Shown: positions 16,055 to 23,570 of the stretch, piece by piece | Position numbering within the stretch: the stretch's first letter is position 1 | Layout of the letters: every line of letters begins with the position of its first letter | Assembly (NCBI GenBank): GCA_036504255.1 | Contig: DASXVL010000178.1 | Location: 1-41,928 of the forward strand | From: Armatimonadota bacterium | GTDB lineage: Bacteria > Armatimonadota > Hebobacteria > CAIYQO01 | Length of the DNA stretch: 41,928 bases | Reading direction: 5' to 3' | The notes under the pieces: model-generated | What the model saw: only the letters and a program-made list of their open reading frames with translations | What the model was told of the DNA's origin: nothing | The model's database searches: none | Program-made: the position numbers and the translations under genes

Positions 16055-17173
16055 TCACTCACTGATGAAAAGCTCGCTATCTGACTCTTCATCCAGTACG
16101 TCGCGCACTTGTTGACTCGTCAGTACCATCTGCCCGGCATCCTCGGCCTGGTGAATCTCGGAGATCAGCGTGGAGGCCAGCATTACCTCGACATATTCCG
16201 GCTTGAACTGCCGCCCGCTTTGCGCGCGTAGCTCGGCACGAATCATCTTTTCCGGTAAACGCGCCCGATAGCAGCGATCACTGCTCATGGCATGGACGGT
16301 ATCACAAATGGCCAGCACCTGTGCCTGCCAGGGAATGTCGTCCTCTTCCAGCCCGTCAGGATACCCGTGCCCGTCCCAGCGTTCATGATGGGATCGTATC
16401 ATGGGCGCGAGATCGGCGAGCGCTTCGACGTTCGTAATAATTTCGCCGCTAAGAATGGCATGATTCTGCATGATGGAGAGATTGCTCGGCGTTAAGGGCT
16501 CCTGCTTATTCAAGATTTCCTCGGGCACGCCGATTTTCCCCAGATCATGCACCAACGCCGCGCGTTTTAACCGCAAACGCTCCGCATTCGGCACGCCGAG
16601 TCGTTGGCAGAACTGATCGACCAGCCAGAGTACGGCCATACTATGCCGCCCGCTATACGCATCGCGCAATTCCAGACTCATCAGCAACGCGTAAATGGTG
16701 CCGTGTACGTGCGTCGTGATCTGATGTTTGGCCATTTCGACTTCTTTACGCAGTGACTGATAATCCTGTTGAATCGCCTCCATCATCGCCGTGCGCCGCA
16801 ATTCATCCATTCGCCGTTCAATGCCCCGCTGCACGATGCCTTCCAACTCCACCGGGTTAAAGGGTTTCGTCAGATAGTCGAACGCGCCCAGCCGCAGCGC
16901 TTTGCGCGCGGTATCCACCGTGGCGTATGCGGTGATCAGAATCACTTCGACCTGCGGATCCTTGGCTTTGATATTCTGGAGGACTTCAATGCCGCCCATA
17001 TCCGGCATGCGCAGATCGAGCAATACGACATCCGGGCGTACCTCGGACAACATATTGATGGCTTGAGATCCAGAGTTCGCAAGTGCGAGCTCATAGCGAT
17101 CCTTCAACAGCATACGGATCGATTCGCGGACCCCGATCTCGTCATCGACTATGAGAACCTTCTTTAGCGCCAT
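16055..17173 (-). CDS. response regulator with HD-GYP output domain (RpfG-like c-di-GMP phosphodiesterase)
   Basis: Canonical receiver (VLIVDDE, VVLLDLRMPDMGG, ILITAY, DYLTKPF). HD-GYP motifs VHDLGKIGVPEEIL and HHERWDGHGYPDGL. Confidence 0.9.
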   Translation of the reverse strand: MALKKVLIVDDEIGVRESIRMLLKDRYELALANSGSQAINMLSEVRPDVVLLDLRMPDMGGIEVLQNIKAKDPQVEVILITAYATVDTARKALRLGAFDYLTKPFNPVELEGIVQRGIERRMDELRRTAMMEAIQQDYQSLRKEVEMAKHQITTHVHGTIYALLMSLELRDAYSGRHSMAVLWLVDQFCQRLGVPNAERLRLKRAALVHDLGKIGVPEEILNKQEPLTPSNLSIMQNHAILSGEIITNVEALADLAPMIRSHHERWDGHGYPDGLEEDDIPWQAQVLAICDTVHAMSSDRCYRARLPEKMIRAELRAQSGRQFKPEYVEVMLASTLISEIHQAEDAGQMVLTSQQVRDVLDEESDSELFISE

Positions 17174-19151
17174 ACCACCCCTCCCTGCGCTCTTCGATTG
17201 CTTGGCGGATCGGTAACCGGCAGAGTACGCTTAAAATCGACTCGGCCATGGAGACTGATAACGTGCCGGCATGCTGATGCAGAATATACTGCGCGGTCGC
17301 AAGACCAAGATCGATATGTTGTTCCGCATTACCCATAAACTGCTGCCAGGGGTTGAGCAGCCATTCAGGCGTTAACGAAACGCTCGTCGCGACCTCGATA
17401 CGAATGAGTACGGCGTCGTCCTCCGTCGTCACCTGTAACGTGGCAGGCATCTTTTTCGAGGACAAGTGCGTTAAGGTACGCAAGATGCAGGTGAGCGCCG
17501 TTTCCAAGCGCTGTCCATCCGCCAGCAGGGTCGGCAAACTGATCGGCAAGGAAACGACGACCTCGGAACGCATCTGCTCCGTGTTGGTGACATTCTCGAT
17601 GAGCGGGGCCAGTTCCAACTCCCCGAACTGGAACTCCACGTCGTTCGTCAAGACCAAGAGCTGTTCCAGAATAAGACTGACGCGTCCGATCTCATGCTGA
17701 AGCACGGATTCGCAGAAATGCTGGAAGTCAGGGTCGCCGGCCTGCTTGGGGGCCAGCGTACTGAAGGTCGACAGCGCCACCAACGGGTTGCGTAATTCGT
17801 GCGCCAGATAATGGAGCACGTTGTTGATGACCTCCAGGTTGACACGGCGTTCCCGCTCAGCATCCGCGCGCTTCTCGGCCGACAGATCTTCGAGGAGTAA
17901 CAAGGCGCTCGGCGGCGTCGTCGCCAACACAAACCCCGTCACCGCCACCGGCATCCCGGTGGTGGAGATCGTCAGTTCCTGCGGGGGCAAATCTTCCCGG
18001 TGCGCCAGCGCATGGAACGCTAAGTCCCCGAGCGGAGACGGCAGCACCCGGAGATCCATGCCCTGCAGAGCGGAGCGGCTTTTCCCCACCATCGCGGCGG
18101 CGGAGGCGTTCACGAAGGCGATGCATTGATCTTGCCCCAACACCAGCGTGCCGGTCGGCATGACACTCAGCATATGCGCGGTCAGTTCCTGCTGCGCTTG
18201 TACGGTACGGTGCATCTGGCAGTGATGCAGCGCCGTGGCGATTTGTCCGCCCAGCGTAAACAGCGCCTCAAGCTCGGACGCACTGTAATGCTGCCCAATG
18301 AGGCGCGCGCCGATGCCAAGAATCCCGACGAGTTGCCCATCGCGCACAATCGGGACGGCAGCCACGGCTTGCATCAGATCCAACCCCGTCAGGATATCAC
18401 TCGCAATCGCGCTGCCATGTCCATCCTTGAGTAAAATGCGCCCCGTGCTGGCTAACCAGCGACACAGCGGCGCGGTCTGCGGAAAGGCGCAATACGGCAC
18501 CAGCGTGGAGGGGAGCCCGCGTTGCGCGCGACAGGAGAACAAACCGGTTCCCTGGTCACGTAGCAGGATGACCGCCCGACTGGTCTGGCAGGCCTGCTGC
18601 ACCCATCCGGCAAACAACTCGACCAGCGTCGCCTCTTCCAAACCGGAAAACATCTCAGCGAATTGCCGAAACTGTGGATTTTCCAACAAACTCGGCGTCT
18701 CGTTGACAATCGACGTCGCCGTGTTAAGCATCGGGGCAGGCATGATGGCCTTCGCGGGAGAAAATCCGGCGTCAGTGGTAGCGCCCTGGGACGATTGCCC
18801 GTGGTGTTCAACGCGCTTCAGACGGTGGAGAAACGGCTCTAGCCCTTCATCGAGGCGCAGCAAATCATCGGCCACACTCCACCATTCCTCCTCGGTGGGC
18901 CCAGGCGAAAAAGCCAGTAACGGCATCTGCGGGTGTAATTGTCGCAAATCTGTCGCCAATTGCATCCAGATGGCGCGCGGCCAGGTGAGGTCAACCAGGA
19001 TCACACTCACGGGTAACGTTTGGATCTGGTTAATCACTTCCGGCACCGAATGTGCCGTCACCAGGGCAATCGGAGGCTTTGCCAGCGCCAAGCGATCTTG
19101 TACGGCTGTGATATGTCGTTGTTCATGTGCAAGATAGCAGACTAGATACAT
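17142..19151 (-). CDS. REC-like / GAF / PAS / HisKA protein with a degenerate ATP-binding domain (pseudo-kinase, possible histidine phosphotransferase)
   Basis: H-box LAHELRNPL is retained (His codon at 17799-17801). The CA region is paralogous to the upstream kinase but has lost the N, G1 and G2 boxes (LTCILRTLTHL, EVATSVS, HIDLGLAT). The N-terminal receiver-like fold lacks the DD pair. Confidence 0.75.
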   Translation of the reverse strand: MYLVCYLAHEQRHITAVQDRLALAKPPIALVTAHSVPEVINQIQTLPVSVILVDLTWPRAIWMQLATDLRQLHPQMPLLAFSPGPTEEEWWSVADDLLRLDEGLEPFLHRLKRVEHHGQSSQGATTDAGFSPAKAIMPAPMLNTATSIVNETPSLLENPQFRQFAEMFSGLEEATLVELFAGWVQQACQTSRAVILLRDQGTGLFSCRAQRGLPSTLVPYCAFPQTAPLCRWLASTGRILLKDGHGSAIASDILTGLDLMQAVAAVPIVRDGQLVGILGIGARLIGQHYSASELEALFTLGGQIATALHHCQMHRTVQAQQELTAHMLSVMPTGTLVLGQDQCIAFVNASAAAMVGKSRSALQGMDLRVLPSPLGDLAFHALAHREDLPPQELTISTTGMPVAVTGFVLATTPPSALLLLEDLSAEKRADAERERRVNLEVINNVLHYLAHELRNPLVALSTFSTLAPKQAGDPDFQHFCESVLQHEIGRVSLILEQLLVLTNDVEFQFGELELAPLIENVTNTEQMRSEVVVSLPISLPTLLADGQRLETALTCILRTLTHLSSKKMPATLQVTTEDDAVLIRIEVATSVSLTPEWLLNPWQQFMGNAEQHIDLGLATAQYILHQHAGTLSVSMAESILSVLCRLPIRQAIEERREGWYGAKEGSHSR

Positions 19152-21565
19152 AGCAGTTCAGCTTCCGCCTGCGTTACGGCAGGCAAGATAATAGTGACAA
19201 CTAAGCCCGATCCCGGTGGGCATTCAGCGCGAATCTCACCTCCGTGTGAACGTACAAACTGGAAGGTGAGCGCGAGCCCAAGCCCGTGTCCACCGGTTTT
19301 CGTGGTAAATAACGGTTCAAAGATGCGCCGCAAATCGTCCGGCGGTACGCCCGGCCCCGAATCGGCAATGCGACAGATCAAGTTATGCTCCAGCGCCTCA
19401 ACTGAAATGGAGAGATCTCCACCGTGTGGCATGGCCTGCACTGCATTCATCAACACATTCAACAGCGCCTGATACAACTGATCGACCATACCATTGACGG
19501 CAGGAAGCTCCTCGGCAAACCGTGTGATCAGTCGTACATGATGGCGTTCGCAATCTGCCTGAATCAAGCCGATGAGCCGTTCAATCACCTCACGCAGATC
19601 GACTTGACCACGATCATCCGACGGTCTGCGGACCAGGTCCAACATCTGACCGACAAGACGGCTAATACGTTCAACTTCTTTCACCACCATGGGGCCGAAT
19701 TCCTCTCGAAACTCGGGATCGTCGTACTTTTGCGGTAAAAGGTGGGCAAATGTTTGGATGGGCACCAGCGGATTCTTGATTTCATGGGCCAGACTCGCCG
19801 CCATAGCCCCCATCGAGCTAAAGCGTTCGGCCTGCAATTTCTCTTGTTCCAACGCGCGCAACGTCGAGAGGTCGCGAAACACGATCAGGTGACCGTCCGC
19901 AACGTCCCAGCGTCGACGGAACCGTGTCACGGTTACCAATACCGGTATTTCGCTGCCGTCATGCTTGGTTAACACGGTTTCCACGGCGTGCTCTCCCGTG
20001 TCATGCGTGGGTAATTCGGGGACACCGATGGTCGCCAGGCGCCGTCCCAGGGCGTCCACAGACGACACACCGGTAATAAATTCTGCCGCTGGATTGAAGG
20101 TAATGACGCGCCCACGCGGGTCGATGGCAATTACCCCGTCCTGCATTGAATGCAATAAGCGCTCATGATATTCGTTCAGCAGCACCATTTCATCGTAATG
20201 CCGGGCATTATCCAGCGCAATCGCCGCTTGCTTGCCGAGGATGCGCAACAGGCCGATATCATCGGTGGTGTACACATCGCTGGAGAGACGTTCGCCCAGG
20301 AAGACGATGCCACACAGACGATCGCCGGCAATCAACGGAATCGCGACCGCCATGCCCCACTCCTTGAGACGGAGCCCAATATCATGTTCCACACCGCGCA
20401 GGCAAATCAACTCGTCCGCGACCAACACCTCATCGGTATCCATGGCGTATGACAGAATCGGCTCGATACCCGAGAGTGTGCGCGGCAGATCCTGCCACGA
20501 CTCCGTCGTAGACACCTGCGTGAGCACCTCGTCATTGCCTGGAAGATAGACGGCGACACCGCGGGGACGCAGCGTCCGAATCATCGCATTGACGAACGTT
20601 TCAACGAGAATCTCCCGATCACGCGCCGAGGCGAAGGCGCTGCCCGCCTCACGCAAGGTTAAGCGATAGTCATAGACGCTTTTGAAAAAGCGCGTATCCA
20701 CCACGTGTTGCACGTAACGGCGTAACGGTTGAAAGGCCAGCGCCATGATAAACGCCATGATAAAGCTGCCCGGCCGGGGAAACGGCGAATACTTCGCCAG
20801 TGCGCCATCCAACACCGGCACGAGAAAGGCGAAGAGCAACGATAATGTGCCGATCGTCGCCGAATAGACTAAACCCGCGCGCAGCACGATCTTGATATCC
20901 ATCAAGCGATAGCGCACGATGGCATAGGTCGTCGTCGTCGTGACAAACAACGAGGACAGCGAGCCATAGGACGCATAGCGTGATGACCCGGTGATCACCG
21001 GGAGAATGAGGACCGGGATGGATGAGGCAACCAAGCCTATCATCCCGAGCAAAATATAGCGGATTTGCAGACGTTCGAGCCCGCTGACGTGATTGAGTTT
21101 ATGGAGCAGATGCATGGACCCCGCCAAGCCGCAGGCGACAATCCACAGCGTAAACAACGGGACTAATGGGCCGACGGACGCCGCGACACCCCAGGCCTCA
21201 AAGCTGATATCGGCGATCAGCAACGGTGTCCAGATAAAATAGAGCCAGGGTAGCGCGAGCAGCGTTAAGATGAGGGACATACGGCGAAAATGTGCCGAAC
21301 GAAACGGAAAATCGGCGCAAAACCAGATACCGCTCACAGCAATAACCATGACGCAGAGGAAGGTAGCGCGCGCGAGATGCAGAGCGGTATCATGACTGGG
21401 GTGGGTATGCATGATCGCCACGCAGCACATCCAGGCGGCGGTGCCCAGAATGTACCAGGCGAACGTCCGCCCGCCTCGGTGCGCGGGTGTTCTCACCAGA
21501 ATAATCACCACCAGCACCAGGTTGTAGAGCGCAGCCAAAAAGAGTATGGGGTAGACGAATCCCAT
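19142..21565 (-). CDS. multi-pass membrane sensor histidine kinase (7TM-type N-terminus, GAF, PAS, HisKA, HATPase_c)
   Basis: About 7-9 hydrophobic segments in the first 300 aa. H-box LAHEIKNPL. Intact N box LLNVLMNAVQAM, G1 IADSGPGVPP and G2 GGHGLGLAL. I start it at the ATG at 21565 (MGFVYPILF), 5 nt after the upstream stop, rather than at 21646. Confidence 0.85.
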   Translation of the reverse strand: MGFVYPILFLAALYNLVLVVIILVRTPAHRGGRTFAWYILGTAAWMCCVAIMHTHPSHDTALHLARATFLCVMVIAVSGIWFCADFPFRSAHFRRMSLILTLLALPWLYFIWTPLLIADISFEAWGVAASVGPLVPLFTLWIVACGLAGSMHLLHKLNHVSGLERLQIRYILLGMIGLVASSIPVLILPVITGSSRYASYGSLSSLFVTTTTTYAIVRYRLMDIKIVLRAGLVYSATIGTLSLLFAFLVPVLDGALAKYSPFPRPGSFIMAFIMALAFQPLRRYVQHVVDTRFFKSVYDYRLTLREAGSAFASARDREILVETFVNAMIRTLRPRGVAVYLPGNDEVLTQVSTTESWQDLPRTLSGIEPILSYAMDTDEVLVADELICLRGVEHDIGLRLKEWGMAVAIPLIAGDRLCGIVFLGERLSSDVYTTDDIGLLRILGKQAAIALDNARHYDEMVLLNEYHERLLHSMQDGVIAIDPRGRVITFNPAAEFITGVSSVDALGRRLATIGVPELPTHDTGEHAVETVLTKHDGSEIPVLVTVTRFRRRWDVADGHLIVFRDLSTLRALEQEKLQAERFSSMGAMAASLAHEIKNPLVPIQTFAHLLPQKYDDPEFREEFGPMVVKEVERISRLVGQMLDLVRRPSDDRGQVDLREVIERLIGLIQADCERHHVRLITRFAEELPAVNGMVDQLYQALLNVLMNAVQAMPHGGDLSISVEALEHNLICRIADSGPGVPPDDLRRIFEPLFTTKTGGHGLGLALTFQFVRSHGGEIRAECPPGSGLVVTIILPAVTQAEAELLCI

Positions 21566-21570
21566 AAGGC

Positions 21571-22311
21571 TTAGACTTCCAACAGCACAGGCGCACTGCG
21601 CGTCGCTGACACAAGCCAGCACTGCTCCGCGTAGACGGACTGGCAAACGAGCGGTCGTAATCCCAACTCTGGGAGGAGCGCCGTAATCTCGTCCACCGCG
21701 AAAAAGTTATACTCCCCCGCTGCCCAACGGCGCTGAATATCCGCGTTTGCCCGCCTCACCGCCAATAAGGCCGGCAGCGCGGCGACGGTACGCGCCCAAC
21801 GCGTTAGGCGTGCGGCAAGCGGCAACTGCCGCAGCGCGGCAAAATGCGCCTGGGCAATCGCCGCAGGCGTGGAATGCGGATGACGGTCACACAAGAGCAA
21901 TCGCCCGCCCGGTTTCAACACGCGGGCAATTTCACGCAATGCCGCGCGCTGATCCGGCAGCGCATAGAGCACGTTGCACATCACGACGACGTCAAATTCC
22001 GCATCGCCGAACGCGAGGCCGGCGCACAGGTCGGCCTCAGCGTGTCGCACATGCGCACGGTCCGCACATTTGGCGCGCGCACGCGCCAGCATCGCCGCGG
22101 AAAAATCCACGCCGGTCACCTGCAACTGCGGCTGGAGACGGGTCGCCAATTCTTCGAAATTGCCGGTACCGCACCCGGCGACCAGCAACTGCTCATGCGG
22201 GGACAAGGCCGCCGCCGTGTACACCGTCTGCAACAGCGCCTCATAGGGTAACCACAACGTCAGCGCATCATAACCTTTGACCGCGTACCCATCCCAAAAA
22301 CTCGCTGACAT
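21571..22311 (-). CDS. class I SAM-dependent methyltransferase
   Basis: Motif I LLVAGCGTGNF, an acidic loop VTGVDFS, then DVVVMCNVLYAL and LKPGGRLLL. The start ATG shares one base with the upstream TGA (22311). Confidence 0.8.
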   Translation of the reverse strand: MSASFWDGYAVKGYDALTLWLPYEALLQTVYTAAALSPHEQLLVAGCGTGNFEELATRLQPQLQVTGVDFSAAMLARARAKCADRAHVRHAEADLCAGLAFGDAEFDVVVMCNVLYALPDQRAALREIARVLKPGGRLLLCDRHPHSTPAAIAQAHFAALRQLPLAARLTRWARTVAALPALLAVRRANADIQRRWAAGEYNFFAVDEITALLPELGLRPLVCQSVYAEQCWLVSATRSAPVLLEV

Positions 22312-23570
22312 CAGGCCTCCTCGTAGCGCGCAACCAGTATGCCGGAGTGCGTGCCGCCCACACCGGCGACATTAATGAGTACACGACGGACACGCGCGGT
22401 GCGCGCTACGTTCGGCACATAGTCCAGCCGGCACCCTTCAGCGGGCGCGGTAAAATTGATCGTCGGCGGGACGCGCTGATGGCGAATCGCCAGGCATGCC
22501 GCGGCGAGATTCAACCCACCGCTGCAGGCGAAGGATTGGCCGACCGCTCCGCGAATCGAGGTCACGGGGATAGAGAAGGCATGTTTACCCAACGCCGTTT
22601 CAATGCCACGACTTTCCGAAACGTCGGCCACGGCAAATCCCGTGCCATGGGCGATAACCCAATCGACGTCGGTCGGCGGAATCCCGGCATCAAACAAGGT
22701 ACGCTGCATGGTCATGGCAAAGGCTTCGCCGGTCTCGTCGAGAGCGGACATGGGCAATGCCTCTTCGACGTTTCCCGCCCCGACTAACTCACCATAGATC
22801 CGCGCGCCACGCAGTCGTGCATGCGTTTCACTTTCCAGCATGACGGCGGAACCGCCCTCCATCAGCACAATACCGTCATGATCCACGGAAAAAGGCCGGG
22901 GGATATTTCCGCCATCAATGGGCGTCGGCGCGAGAATGCCGCTGCGGTAGATCGCCGCCCAAATCGACGGAAAGAATGGGGCATCCGATCCACCGACGAG
23001 CATCATATCCGCTTTACCGGCGCGAATCTGTTCTGCGCCCCAGACAATCGTATCCATTCCGGAGACACAGCCCGATGAATAGGTGGTCGATGGGCCACGC
23101 AATCCATAGTAGATCGCCACGTGTGTCGTGGTGGCGCAGGGGGTAAATTCAGACCAGAGCCAACGACTGATGCCTTGCTCGCCACGCTGAAAGTAGCGCC
23201 GGGCTTGTTCCTCCACCGTCTCCCCCAACCCACCGATCACCGTGCCGAAGCTGGAACCTATGCGGTCGAGATTCTCGTCGGAGAGTTGCACCCCGGCGTC
23301 ATGCAGCGCTCGGTCGGCGGCCACCAGCGCCAGTTGGGAAAAACGCAACAGGTGTTTGACGTCACGCGGACGTACCTGCGGCATTTCGCGTGACAGGTCG
23401 AAGTCATGGAACTGGCCGCCATAGGTATACCGATGGTCACCGACATCCCAGCCGTGGATGGGACCGATGCAGGAACGTCCAGCGTACAACGCCTCGCCGA
23501 ATTCATCCACGGTGTGCCCAAGGGGGCAGGCTATGCCAAATCCGGTTATCATAACGCGCTGTCTAGCCAT
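22311..23570 (-). CDS. beta-ketoacyl synthase, FabF/KAS II-like but with a divergent active site
   Basis: Collinear with E. coli FabF by eye: RVMITGFGIACPLG, SSGCVSG (active Cys), IAHGTG (His), PPTINF and NVAGVGGTH. Start taken at the ATG at 23570, preceded by a GGAG RBS; the ORF extension to 23639 overlaps the upstream gene. Confidence 0.8.
   Translation of the reverse strand: MARQRVMITGFGIACPLGHTVDEFGEALYAGRSCIGPIHGWDVGDHRYTYGGQFHDFDLSREMPQVRPRDVKHLLRFSQLALVAADRALHDAGVQLSDENLDRIGSSFGTVIGGLGETVEEQARRYFQRGEQGISRWLWSEFTPCATTTHVAIYYGLRGPSTTYSSGCVSGMDTIVWGAEQIRAGKADMMLVGGSDAPFFPSIWAAIYRSGILAPTPIDGGNIPRPFSVDHDGIVLMEGGSAVMLESETHARLRGARIYGELVGAGNVEEALPMSALDETGEAFAMTMQRTLFDAGIPPTDVDWVIAHGTGFAVADVSESRGIETALGKHAFSIPVTSIRGAVGQSFACSGGLNLAAACLAIRHQRVPPTINFTAPAEGCRLDYVPNVARTARVRRVLINVAGVGGTHSGILVARYEEA

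Noticed and set aside
15551-16065. Three small ORFs (115, 80 and 71 aa) in the convergent gap.
   Set aside because: They have no RBS, they overlap each other, and their Arg/Cys/Trp-rich sequences have no domain signatures. The region is treated as non-coding.
21566-21646. Upstream extension of the membrane kinase ORF to 21646. Similar extensions occur at 23571-23639 (KAS), 12245-12325 (HEAT), 14053-14094 (HD-GYP) and 35880-35936 (M16).
   Set aside because: Each extension overlaps the preceding gene or lacks an RBS. In every case an internal ATG gives a tight junction, an RBS, or a sensible N-terminus such as a signal peptide or the first TM helix.
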